Below are positions 49,852 to 58,986 of a DNA stretch of 64,000 nt, in pieces. Made by a program: the position numbers and the translations under genes. This DNA is from Ferrithrix thermotolerans DSM 19514. Lineage in GTDB: Bacteria; Actinomycetota; Acidimicrobiia; Acidimicrobiales; CAIXPF01. The first letter of the stretch is position 1; each line of letters begins with the position of its first letter. Location: assembly GCA_945906305.1 (NCBI GenBank), contig CAMDQT010000002.1:130177-194176 (forward strand). The letters run 5' to 3'. The notes beneath the pieces are model-generated. The model was not told the origin of the DNA. It did no database searches and saw only the letters and a list, made by a program, of their open reading frames with translations.

Positions 49852-50411
49852 TGTCACCCACTGCCGTGCTACTGACCCCCGGCGCGGGCAGCGATCGGAC
49901 CCATCATCTGTTGGTGGCGCTGGAGAGGGCACTGGCGCCGCTCCCCTGCGTGCGGATCGACTTCGCCTACCGGGTGGCTGGTCGACCCTTTCCCGACAAG
50001 GCCCCGGTGTTGGTGGCCGCCGTGGCCCAGGCGGTGCATTCGCTGTGTGCGACCCACGGCATTGCACCGTCCGAGGTGCTCCTCGGCGGTCGTTCCATGG
50101 GGGGGCGGATCTGTTCGATGGCGGTGGCCGAGGGCCTCGGGGCGGCCGGGCTGGTCTTGATCGGTTATCCCCTTCATCCGCCGCGCCGGCCCCAGCAGTT
50201 GCGCACGGCCCACTTCGGGCAGATAGGGGTTCCCTGCCTCTTCGTGTCGGGCACCAAGGACACCTTCGCCACGCCAGAGGAGCTGACCGCGGCCACGCAG
50301 GCCATCGCCGCACCGGTGACCCACCATTGGATTGAGGGTGGACCTCATGGGTTGGACCGTCACGACGACGAGGTCCTCGCGGCGGTGAAGACCTGGATCG
50401 GCGGGTGCTGA
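49851..50411 (+). CDS. small alpha/beta hydrolase (KANL3/Tex30-like, dienelactone-hydrolase-like fold)
   Basis: LLTPGAGS, nucleophile elbow GGRSMGG, YPLHPP and FVSGTKDTFA. The ATG overlaps the upstream TGA (TGATG). TTG at 49848 is an alternative start. Confidence 0.7.
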   Translation: MSPTAVLLTPGAGSDRTHHLLVALERALAPLPCVRIDFAYRVAGRPFPDKAPVLVAAVAQAVHSLCATHGIAPSEVLLGGRSMGGRICSMAVAEGLGAAGLVLIGYPLHPPRRPQQLRTAHFGQIGVPCLFVSGTKDTFATPEELTAATQAIAAPVTHHWIEGGPHGLDRHDDEVLAAVKTWIGGC

Positions 50412-50464
50412 CGAGGCCCGATGGCGGGCCTTTTTCGATGGAACTGGCGTACGAACCGTTGGAC

Positions 50465-51277
50465 TCAGGCGAAGATGACGACGGGAGTACCAAGCGGTAC
50501 GGTGCGGGCCAGTTGTTCAATGGCGGCATTGGCGAGGCGGATGCCGCCGTTGGTGGTGCTGGAGCCGAGAGAACTCGGCTCGTTGGTGCCGTGCAGGCCC
50601 AATCGGCCCTCGCCTGCGTTGATGGCGTCAATGGTGGTGCAGAAGCCGCTCAGCCCGAAGGCGTAGGGACCGAAAGGGCCATTCGGGTCTGTCGAGCGCA
50701 CCAGTTCGTACAGGTAGAACTCGCCGCTGGGGGTCGGTGTGGGTTGGCCGCCCACTCCGATCGGCTCGGCCTGAATCACGTCGTCTCCGTCGAAAACGGT
50801 GAGCACCCGTTCGGCGAGGCGGACCTCGACGCGAAAGGAGTGGCGGATGAGGGTGACATCGCTTGAGCGCAGCCAACCCGTCGAACCGTTGGGTCGTACC
50901 GGCAGCCGAACCTCCAGCCAGCCGTCGCGCCCGCTGAGCACGGCGAAGGTGAGCGGCGCTCCGATGGGGTTGGGGTGAGCCAAGGTGAGTAGAGGGTTCC
51001 CGTCGCCAGGACGGCTGTAGATCCCGATGCGGGCAACGGCCGCTTCGGCCGCCAAGTAGCGGCCGGTCTTTGGCGTCCCGTCAGGGTTTTGGGAGGAGGC
51101 CTGCGCCGATGTTGGCGCGGGCGCGGTGACCTCTTGCGCGACATCGCGACCAGTGCCGCCGCGGCAGGCCGTAAGCGCCATGCCCAGTGAAAGTACCGCG
51201 CACGCGGTTGCGGTCCAGCCGCCGGTGCGGGCCGTTCTCGCCCCGAGCCTGGTCGGTCGAGGACGCCAACCACCCAT
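50465..51277 (-). CDS. L,D-transpeptidase (YkuD)-like lipoprotein with an SH3b-like N-domain; catalytic Cys position is Gly
   Basis: Signal peptide with lipobox L-T-A-C, SH3-like GWLEVRLPV...GWLRSSDV, and a YkuD block LGLHGTNEPSSLGSSTTNGGIRL. Start is ATG 51275-51277; 51331 is an alternative. Confidence 0.7.
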   Translation of the reverse strand: MGGWRPRPTRLGARTARTGGWTATACAVLSLGMALTACRGGTGRDVAQEVTAPAPTSAQASSQNPDGTPKTGRYLAAEAAVARIGIYSRPGDGNPLLTLAHPNPIGAPLTFAVLSGRDGWLEVRLPVRPNGSTGWLRSSDVTLIRHSFRVEVRLAERVLTVFDGDDVIQAEPIGVGGQPTPTPSGEFYLYELVRSTDPNGPFGPYAFGLSGFCTTIDAINAGEGRLGLHGTNEPSSLGSSTTNGGIRLANAAIEQLARTVPLGTPVVIFA

Positions 51278-51392
51278 GTGGATCACGCTACCGGCGCACC
51301 ATGACCGCCAAGTGGATACGGTCCGCGCCACGTTGGCGCCGTGGCCGCGGGGTAGGCGCCGGGTGTTACGCGGCCGAGGTGCACGGCGCGGC

Positions 51393-52898
51393 CTAGGCGT
51401 CGGTCGGGTTGAGCTCCTCGAGTTCTCGCCGTGCTGTTTCGGGGAACCGGGTGAGCACCACCAGCGCGACCGCCACCGGTCCTGTCGCCACGATCGCCAT
51501 GGCCGGTCCGAACCGACCGAAGGTTTCGGAGAGATGGCCGACGGTCAACAGGCCGACCACGCTGCCGATCACCGCGCAGAGGGTGATCACCCCATTGGCC
51601 CGGCCCCGCAACCGGGTGGGGAACAACTCCGGGCCGTAGACCACGAGGGTCGGTACGACCAGACCACCGAACAGGGTGCCAGCAATTGCCCCCCACCACA
51701 GCAGCGCTCCGCCGAAGACGTAACTGGCCAGGATTCCGGCCGAGGCACCGACGAGGCCGATGGCACCGATGCGGCGCCGACCGTACACATCGGCGAGGCG
51801 TCCGCCGAAGAACACCGCCAGCCCGGCCGGGGTGGCGGTGACCAGCGTGAAGACGGTGATGAGCCCGGCGCTGTACCCGCGCTCCCCGCGGAGGTACTCG
51901 TTCTGGAGCTGTGATGCCGGCGCGGCGAACACCGTGGTGAGCATCGCCGCCGCGGCGAGCATCAATAGACGCGACCGGTGCGAGGCGAGACGAGGCCGGT
52001 CCGGGTCATGGCGGTGCTCGTGGAAGCGGCGGCTTTCCTTCAGGCCCTTTCCGGCCCGCCAGGCCAACGGGGCGAACAACAACGACAACGCGAAGATCAG
52101 CCGCCACAATCGTGGGTCGAGATCCGCCAACGGCAACATCCAGACCACGACACCCGAGCCGAGTCCGGCGCCCATCGCGCAAAGGCTGATGGCATAGGCC
52201 CGAGCGCCGGCGGGCATGTCCTCCGCGAGGGCCACGGCGCGGACCACATCGGCCCCGGTAGTAAGGCCCCTGGCCAGGATCTGGATGCCCGCAAAGGTGA
52301 TCAAGTCGGTCGCGGCGGCGGTGAGTGAGCTGGCGATGCACGCTCCGATGAGGCAGAAAAGCAGAATTCGGCGTCGGCCGACTCGGTCGGAGAGGGTGGT
52401 GGCCACCAGGGCGACCAGGATGCCGATCCGGGTAGCGGCCTGGGCGCTGCCTTGCGCGGCCGGCCCGGCACCGAATTCTCGACCGGCGAAGGTCATCAAT
52501 TGCGACAGCAGGGTACCGATGTAGCCGCTGCAGATCGCCAGCATGACCAACCGAGCCAAGGTGTCCACCTGGTGAGCGTCGAGCCGTTGTGGTGGCGCCC
52601 ACCAGGGTTGGCCGGTCCGCTCGGCTCGACGCCGCAGGGACCGACGAAATATCGGTCCGATCAGCCAACCCCAGAACGGGACCTCGAGTTCGTAACGAAT
52701 GCTTTCGTGGGCCCGCGCCCCAGCGTGGTCCACGACGACCCGACGCTCGTAACTCGTGCATGGTCCGTTGGCCTGGCCGAACAGAACCACGTTGTCCCCA
52801 AGGTGCGCGACCGTCTCTGCCACCATCGTGTCACGTGGCTGATGCAACCCGGCCAGAGTTTTTGGGTCCAGGGAGAAGGTTCGGGAGATCTCTGGCAT
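51393..52898 (-). CDS. MFS transporter with a ~110-aa soluble N-terminal extension
   Basis: About 12 hydrophobic segments and the MFS loop motif LSDRVGRRRILL, repeated as GGRLADVYGRRRI in the second half. MPEISRT start chosen. Confidence 0.75.
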   Translation of the reverse strand: MPEISRTFSLDPKTLAGLHQPRDTMVAETVAHLGDNVVLFGQANGPCTSYERRVVVDHAGARAHESIRYELEVPFWGWLIGPIFRRSLRRRAERTGQPWWAPPQRLDAHQVDTLARLVMLAICSGYIGTLLSQLMTFAGREFGAGPAAQGSAQAATRIGILVALVATTLSDRVGRRRILLFCLIGACIASSLTAAATDLITFAGIQILARGLTTGADVVRAVALAEDMPAGARAYAISLCAMGAGLGSGVVVWMLPLADLDPRLWRLIFALSLLFAPLAWRAGKGLKESRRFHEHRHDPDRPRLASHRSRLLMLAAAAMLTTVFAAPASQLQNEYLRGERGYSAGLITVFTLVTATPAGLAVFFGGRLADVYGRRRIGAIGLVGASAGILASYVFGGALLWWGAIAGTLFGGLVVPTLVVYGPELFPTRLRGRANGVITLCAVIGSVVGLLTVGHLSETFGRFGPAMAIVATGPVAVALVVLTRFPETARRELEELNPTDA

Positions 52899-52968
52899 GA
52901 AGCACCCACCGGCGTACAGACGGCTCCATCGACGGAGAAGGGCCGGGGAAAGACCATACTGGCAGGCC

Positions 52969-54219
52969 ATGGCCGCCCTTGTCGTCCGCCCGTCGGGTCC
53001 ACTCGAGGGCACCGTCACCGTAAGCGGCGCGAAGAACAGCGTGCTCAAGCTGCTGGCGGCCACGGTGCTGGCTCCCGGTCGCTACCACTTGCACAACGTC
53101 CCCGAGATTGCCGACGTCGCCTGGATGGGCGACCTGCTCGTCGCCATGGGCATGACGACCTCCCGTCCGGCACCAGGCCAGCTGGTGGTGGACTCACCGG
53201 CTGAATTGCTGCCTGAGGCGCCCTACGAGCTGGTGGAGAAGATGCGGGCTTCCATCGTCGTGCTGGGTCCGTTGCTGGCCCGGTTCGGGCGGGCCCGGGT
53301 ATCGCTGCCGGGAGGCGACGATTTCGGATCGCGTCCCATCGACATGCACCTTGACGCCTTGCGGTCCCTGGGCGCCTCCATCGAGTTGGTCCACGGCTTC
53401 GTCGAGGCCCGCGCGGAGCGCCTGCGGGGGGCGCGCCTAGGGCTGGACTTCCCCAGCGTCGGGGCCACGGAGAACGCCATGATGGCGGCAGTGCTGGCCG
53501 AGGGCACCACGGTCATCGACAATGCCGCCCGCGAGCCCGAGATCGTCGATCTGGCCGCGTTCCTCAACCGCATGGGTGCTGTGGTCCGAGGCGCCGGTAG
53601 CTCCACCATCGAGATCGACGGCGTGCACGAGTTACATCCGGTGGAGCACACCTTGATCCCCGACCGGATCGAAGCGGCCACCTATCTCGCCGCAGTGGGC
53701 ATCGCCGGGGGCGAGATCACCATCGCGGGGGCCCGTCCGGACCACATGGATCTGCTGGTGCACAAGCTGGGTCAGATGGGCATGCGCATCTCGCCCTGTC
53801 CGGAGGGGCTCTGGGCCATGGCGCCGCGCCGACTCAGTGCAGTGGACGTGTCGACCCTGCCCTACCCGGGCCTAGCGACGGACTACATGCCGTTGCTGGT
53901 GGCCATGTTGGCGGTGGCGGACGGGGTGGCGATTGTGACGGAGAACATCTTCTCGGGTCGTTTTCGCTACGTCGATGAGTTGGTTCGTATGGGTGCCGAC
54001 GTGCGTACTGACGGCCATCACGCCATCGTGCGGGGTCGGCAGTGGCTCTCGGGGGCACCGGTGCGGGCACATGACATTCGGGCCGGTGCGGCCGTGGTGC
54101 TCGCGGGCCTGCGGGCTCAGGGTGAGACAACGGTGAGCGAAGCGCACCACATTGACCGGGGCTACGAGCGATTCGTCGAGAAGCTTCGCGGCCTCGGGGC
54201 CGACGTGGACCGCGTGTGA
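52969..54219 (+). CDS. murA: UDP-N-acetylglucosamine 1-carboxyvinyltransferase
   Basis: [29 protein letters not shown] (catalytic-loop position; the residue here is Asp, as in several actinobacteria), and the C-terminal [18 protein letters not shown]. Confidence 0.9.
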   Translation: MAALVVRPSGPLEGTVTVSGAKNSVLKLLAATVLAPGRYHLHNVPEIADVAWMGDLLVAMGMTTSRPAPGQLVVDSPAELLPEAPYELVEKMRASIVVLGPLLARFGRARVSLPGGDDFGSRPIDMHLDALRSLGASIELVHGFVEARAERLRGARLGLDFPSVGATENAMMAAVLAEGTTVIDNAAREPEIVDLAAFLNRMGAVVRGAGSSTIEIDGVHELHPVEHTLIPDRIEAATYLAAVGIAGGEITIAGARPDHMDLLVHKLGQMGMRISPCPEGLWAMAPRRLSAVDVSTLPYPGLATDYMPLLVAMLAVADGVAIVTENIFSGRFRYVDELVRMGADVRTDGHHAIVRGRQWLSGAPVRAHDIRAGAAVVLAGLRAQGETTVSEAHHIDRGYERFVEKLRGLGADVDRV

Positions 54220-54241
54220 GTACTCGCCAGACCGTTGCTGT

Positions 54242-54478
54242 TCACGGGTGAGCCAGCGGGGGCTCACCGGGCGTGGGTGGGTCGGTCTGTGGCGCGGCGG
54301 CGCGGTCGAGCTGGTCGGCCTGGCGGGCGGATAGCTGTGCTTTGGCCCGCCGGTTGGCCACGATCAGCAGGCTGGCCACCAGCGCGACGGGGAGGATCAC
54401 CATCGCCAGCTCATCCCACCCACCCTGGTGGGCCAACAGCGGGGCGATGTCGGCGAGCATGGGGCAAGTGTGGAACAT
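54242..54478 (-). CDS. possible small membrane protein
   Basis: A single hydrophobic helix LAMVILPVALVASLLIVA followed by NRRAK. No family recognised. It could be a spurious high-GC ORF. Confidence 0.3.
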   Translation of the reverse strand: MFHTCPMLADIAPLLAHQGGWDELAMVILPVALVASLLIVANRRAKAQLSARQADQLDRAAAPQTDPPTPGEPPLAHP

Positions 54479-54574
54479 CGCGGGGTCCTCTGGCGTTATG
54501 GTCTAAAGCGCCTGATTTCATCGCGCTGTCCTGTGGGCACCACAATCATCGGACCCGGCAAGGAAAAGGAAGCC

Positions 54575-54844
54575 ATGCTGCGCCCCAAGGTTGAAGAGGT
54601 CATCGAGATCGTCCGCCCCATCATTCAGGCCGACAAGGGCGATGTCGTGTTGCACGACGTCGACGAGGAGACCGGTTTGGTGACCGTGGAGTTGGTCGGG
54701 GCGTGCGTCACGTGCCCTGCCTCGAGCCAAACCCTCAAAGCTGGCCTGGAGCGCATCATGAAAGATCGCGTACCCGGGGTGACTGAGGTCGTCAACATCG
54801 GCGAGACCCTCGGCGAGATCCGGGAGACGTCTGTCTCCCTTTAA
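54575..54844 (+). CDS. NifU C-terminal (Nfu-type) domain protein
   Basis: 89 aa with IRPIIQADKGDVVLHDVD...VELVGACVTCPASSQTLKAGLE (CxxC). Strong RBS AAGGAAAAGGAAG upstream of the ATG at 54575. Confidence 0.8.
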   Translation: MLRPKVEEVIEIVRPIIQADKGDVVLHDVDEETGLVTVELVGACVTCPASSQTLKAGLERIMKDRVPGVTEVVNIGETLGEIRETSVSL

Positions 54845-54857
54845 CCCAGGAGTCGCG

Positions 54858-55829
54858 GTGCGTCACGCGTCGCCCGAAGAGCTGATTCAACGCGCCCGGG
54901 CCGGCGAGCGCGGCCCCTTGGCCCGCCTGCTGTCTCTCGTCGAGCGCGGGGGTGAGCCGGCCAGAGCAGTTGGCCGCTTGAGCTTCCCGCTAGCCGGGCA
55001 GGCCCATACGGTGGGCATCACCGGTGCGCCCGGCGCCGGCAAGTCCACCCTGACCAGCTCGCTGGTGGGCCATCTGCGGGCCATGGATCTGGAAGTAGCG
55101 GTTCTTGCCATCGATCCATCCTCGCCGTTCACCGGCGGGGCCATTCTCGGCGACCGGGTGAGGATGGGCGATCACTCCCTCGACCAGGGGGTGTTCATCC
55201 GGTCCATGGCGACGAGGGGTCAGCTCGGCGGGCTGGCCCTCGCCACACCGGCCGCGGTCCGGGTACTCGACGCGGTGGGCTTCGGTTGGGTGCTCATCGA
55301 GACGGTCGGCGTGGGCCAGGTGGAGGTGGAGATCGCCGGAGCCGCGGACACCACGGTGGTGGTGGTCAACCCCGGCTGGGGCGATTCGGTGCAGGCCAAC
55401 AAAGCGGGGCTGATGGAGATCGCCGACATCTTCGTGATCAACAAGGCGGATCGCCCCGGGGTCAACGACACCCGGCGCGACCTCGAGCAGATGCTGGAGC
55501 TGTCCCGTCTCGGGGAGTGGGAACCGCGAATCTTGGCCACGGTAGGCCACCGCGGCGAAGGCGTCGACCAACTCTGTCAGGCCCTGCTCGATCATCGGGC
55601 CCACCTCGAAACCAGCGGCGAAGGTACCGCGCGCAAGGCCCGGCGGGCCGAGGACGAGTTGCGCACCATCCTCATCGAAGCGGTGCTCGAGCAGGCCGAT
55701 CAGGCCTTGCACGCCCCCGCTGGCGTGGCGCTGCGGGCCGAGGTGGCGGCGCGCCGGGTCGACCCCTATCGGGCGGTAGCGGCGATCCTGGCCAGCACGG
55801 TGACCGGTTCGGGCGTCGAGCCGAGCTGA
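54858..55829 (+). CDS. meaB: MeaB/ArgK-type G3E-family GTPase (metallochaperone)
   Basis: GITGAPGAGKST P-loop, AIDPSSPFTGGAILGDRVRM, ETVGVGQ and NKAD. GTG start after CAGGAG. Confidence 0.85.
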   Translation: MRHASPEELIQRARAGERGPLARLLSLVERGGEPARAVGRLSFPLAGQAHTVGITGAPGAGKSTLTSSLVGHLRAMDLEVAVLAIDPSSPFTGGAILGDRVRMGDHSLDQGVFIRSMATRGQLGGLALATPAAVRVLDAVGFGWVLIETVGVGQVEVEIAGAADTTVVVVNPGWGDSVQANKAGLMEIADIFVINKADRPGVNDTRRDLEQMLELSRLGEWEPRILATVGHRGEGVDQLCQALLDHRAHLETSGEGTARKARRAEDELRTILIEAVLEQADQALHAPAGVALRAEVAARRVDPYRAVAAILASTVTGSGVEPS

Positions 55830-55893
55830 GCGGTCCCGCGCCGCTGGAACGCGCTGGCGACCGCGCTGACGTGCGGGCGCAACGCTCGGAGCG

Positions 55894-56823
55894 TCAGGCC
55901 AGAACCCGACGGCAGAATCCTCCCACCCAGTCATGGGCTTGGCGGGAGGCGTCGAGGATTCCCCAGTTGCCCCAGAGGGTGTGGATCTGGCCCAACCAGC
56001 GTCGCGCCGTCACCTCGTTACCCGCTGCGGTCAGAGCCGCGGCGTAGGCCTCGCCCTCGTCGCGCAGCGGGTCGTGTTCGGCGGTCAGGATCAACGTCGG
56101 TGGCAGGTCACGCAGGTTCTTGGCCCGCAACGGAGAGGCCAGCGGGTTCCGGCGGCGTTGCTGGTGAGGGATGTACTGCTTCCAGAACCACTCCATGAAT
56201 GTTTCCGTCAGCACGTAGCCTTCGCCGTTGTCCACGTGGGAGGCCCGTGTCGGGTCGTAATCGGTGACCGGGGTGATGAGGGCCTGACCGGCGAGTAGCG
56301 GGCCGCCAGTGTCGCGGACGCGTTGCGCGGTCACCGCGGCCAGGTTGCCGCCTGCGCTCCAGCCCGCCACCATCATGCGGTGGGGATCCCCGCCGAACTC
56401 GCCGACATGGTCGCCGAGCCAGGTGGTTGCGGCGTAGGCGTCCTCGGTGGCGGCGGGAAAGCGGTGCTCGGGCGCGTGGCGGTAGTCGACGGACACCACG
56501 AGGGCTTTGCTCGACTGGGCGAGCTGGCGACAGGCCGGATCATCTCCATCGAGGTCACCCAGCACCCAACCCCCACCGTGGAAATACACGATTACCCCCA
56601 GGTCCGCCTTGGTCGAGGAGGCGTAGAGGCGGGCCGCCAGTGGCCCCGCAGCCCCTTGAACCGTGACCGTTTCCACCCGCTTGAGCGAAGGTCCTGCCGG
56701 CCTGGTGGCCCGTCCGGCGGACAGCATGGTGCGCAGCGCCGGCGCTGTCATGGTTTCGGGTCGAGGCAGGTTCAACGTTCCCAGGAAATCAAGCAACGCT
56801 CGGGTCTGTGCATCCACGGCCAT
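55894..56823 (-). CDS. alpha/beta hydrolase, hormone-sensitive-lipase-like esterase
   Basis: HGGGW oxyanion motif and GWSAGG nucleophile elbow. Confidence 0.8.
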   Translation of the reverse strand: MAVDAQTRALLDFLGTLNLPRPETMTAPALRTMLSAGRATRPAGPSLKRVETVTVQGAAGPLAARLYASSTKADLGVIVYFHGGGWVLGDLDGDDPACRQLAQSSKALVVSVDYRHAPEHRFPAATEDAYAATTWLGDHVGEFGGDPHRMMVAGWSAGGNLAAVTAQRVRDTGGPLLAGQALITPVTDYDPTRASHVDNGEGYVLTETFMEWFWKQYIPHQQRRRNPLASPLRAKNLRDLPPTLILTAEHDPLRDEGEAYAAALTAAGNEVTARRWLGQIHTLWGNWGILDASRQAHDWVGGFCRRVLA

Positions 56824-56925
56824 GGCCGCGAAACGTAGCGGCTTGGTTCGCTTTGCGCTGCGCCCAACGGAAATTCACCCGGCGTCGGAGCGCGAGCATC
56901 TCGGCTGGCTAGCGTCAACGCTGCG

Positions 56926-57783
56926 ATGACCAGTCCCGAATTGCGTTGCTACCGTCATGCCGATCGTTCCGCGGGGGTGACCTGTCAGCGTTGTGACCGG
57001 CCGATCTGCCCTGACTGCATGATCCAGGCGTCAGTGGGATTCCAATGCCCGAATTGTGCCGGGCGGTCCACCCAGCAGGTCATCAGACCGGCCCAGAGCT
57101 GGGCCCGCGGGGCCGGCCTCGAGCGCCCCCCGGTCACCATGACGTTGATCGCGCTCAACGTGGCCGTCTATTTGCTCGTCAGCTTGAGGCCTCAGTGGAG
57201 CCTGGACGGCGAGTTGATCGGCCGGATCGTGGTGCCAGGCGTGATCGAGCTGGGGGTGGGACAGGGCGAATGGTGGCGGCTGTTCACCGGCGGATTCATG
57301 CATGCCAGCCCCATGCACCTCGCGTTCAACATGTTCGCCCTGTGGAGTATTGGTGGCGCGCTGGAACAGACCTTCGGGGCGAAGCGATTCGCCGCGGTCT
57401 ATATGGCCTGTCTGCTCAGCGGCTCCTTCGGGGTGATGCTGGTCAGTCCGGGGCAACGAACAGTGGGGGCCTCTGGTGCGGTATTCGGGTTGTTCGGCGT
57501 GTTGCTGGCTTTGCAGCTCAGCCGGGGCATTCCGCTGGGCCAAACTCGCTTGGGGATGGTGTTGGCCATCAACTTGGCTTTCACCTTCATGGCCCGAGGG
57601 ATTTCCATCGGCGGGCACATCGGGGGCCTGATCGGCGGGATCATCCTTGGGGTGGCTTGGTTCGGACCGCCGCGGGCGCGGCGTGAGCCCGCACCGGCGC
57701 GCAGTTGGGCCATCACCATCGGATTCGGCGTCGCGGTGCTGCTCGGGGCCATCGCCGCGGCGTCGGTGGCACCGGCGATCTGA
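56926..57783 (+). CDS. rhomboid family intramembrane serine protease with an N-terminal Zn-ribbon
   Basis: CYRH...CQRC...CPDC...CPNC N-terminus, WWRLFTGGFMHASPMHLAFNM and the catalytic GASGAVFG. Confidence 0.85.
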   Translation: MTSPELRCYRHADRSAGVTCQRCDRPICPDCMIQASVGFQCPNCAGRSTQQVIRPAQSWARGAGLERPPVTMTLIALNVAVYLLVSLRPQWSLDGELIGRIVVPGVIELGVGQGEWWRLFTGGFMHASPMHLAFNMFALWSIGGALEQTFGAKRFAAVYMACLLSGSFGVMLVSPGQRTVGASGAVFGLFGVLLALQLSRGIPLGQTRLGMVLAINLAFTFMARGISIGGHIGGLIGGIILGVAWFGPPRARREPAPARSWAITIGFGVAVLLGAIAAASVAPAI

Positions 57784-57811
57784 GAGCGGCCGCGGCCATC
57801 GTGAGGCCGGC

Positions 57812-58969
57812 TCAGAGTAAGGCGGCCCGCAGCCGCGCCACGGCCTCGTGCAAGGTTTCGGTGCGTTTGGCGAAGGCGAAGCGCACCTGGGTTCGGCCTC
57901 TTGCTGGGTCGCTGTAGAACACCCGCCCCGGGACGCAAGCCACGCCGACCTCGTTCATGAGCCAATGGGTGAAGGCGAGATCATCGAGGTCGGCCCGGAT
58001 CTCGGTGAAGTCCGCCATCGCGTAGTACGCGCCCTGAGGCCATTGGGCGCGCAGACCGACCTCGTCGAGCGCGGAGCAGAACAGGGCGCGCCGCTCGTGG
58101 TACTCGGCGCGCAGACGATTGAAGTAGTCGGCGCCAAGCTCCAGGGCTGCTGCGCCGGCGGCCTGTAGCGGGGTCGCCGCGCACACGGTGAGGAAGTCGT
58201 GCGCACCGCGCACTGCCACGGCTAGGGAACTCGGCGCGATTGCATAGCCAAGCCGCCAGCCAGTCATGGCGAAGGTCTTGCCGAGCCCGCCGATGGTGAT
58301 GGTGCGCTCGCGTAACGCCTCAAGGGAGCCCGGTGACACGTGAAGTCGGCCGTCATAGAGGATCTCGTCATAGATCTCATCAGTGACCACGACGAGGTCG
58401 TGACGCAGCACTACCTCGGCTAACGCCGCGAGCTCGACGTGATCGAAGACCCGGCCGCTGGGGTTGTGCGGGGTGTTGACCAGGATGGCGCGGGTGCGTG
58501 GCGTCACCGCGGCCGCCACCCGTTCGACATCGAGACGAAAATTCGGTGGATCGAGCACCACCGGCACGATCTTGGCGTCAGCCAGAAGCGCCGCTGGTCC
58601 GTAGGTTTCGTGGGCCGGTTCGAGCACGAGCACCTCGTCGCCGCGGTCAAGCACGGCGAAGAAGGCACAGGCGACTGCCTCGGTGACCCCGCAGGTCACC
58701 GCGACATGCCGATCGGGGTCCACGTCCCAGCCGAGCATCGCCCGGTAGCGTTGAGCGAGTCGTTCGCGCAGCACTGGCAGCCCCCAGGACACCGAGTACT
58801 GGTTGTGTCCATTTCGCAACGCTGCTACCGCCGCCGCCAACACCGCTTCAGGCGGGTCGAAATCGGGAAAGCCCTGGGACAGGTTGACCGCCCCGCAGCT
58901 CAGCGCTAGCCGCGTCATCTCCCGGATCACCGACTCGCGCAGGTGCTGGGTGCGGGCGGCCACGTGCAT
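57812..58969 (-). CDS. PLP-dependent aminotransferase, class I/II
   Basis: NLSQGFPDF, NQYS, NTPHNPSGRV and GLGKTFAMTGWRLGY (PLP Lys). Confidence 0.85.
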   Translation of the reverse strand: MHVAARTQHLRESVIREMTRLALSCGAVNLSQGFPDFDPPEAVLAAAVAALRNGHNQYSVSWGLPVLRERLAQRYRAMLGWDVDPDRHVAVTCGVTEAVACAFFAVLDRGDEVLVLEPAHETYGPAALLADAKIVPVVLDPPNFRLDVERVAAAVTPRTRAILVNTPHNPSGRVFDHVELAALAEVVLRHDLVVVTDEIYDEILYDGRLHVSPGSLEALRERTITIGGLGKTFAMTGWRLGYAIAPSSLAVAVRGAHDFLTVCAATPLQAAGAAALELGADYFNRLRAEYHERRALFCSALDEVGLRAQWPQGAYYAMADFTEIRADLDDLAFTHWLMNEVGVACVPGRVFYSDPARGRTQVRFAFAKRTETLHEAVARLRAALL

Positions 58970-58986
58970 CGCGGCACGCTATCGGC

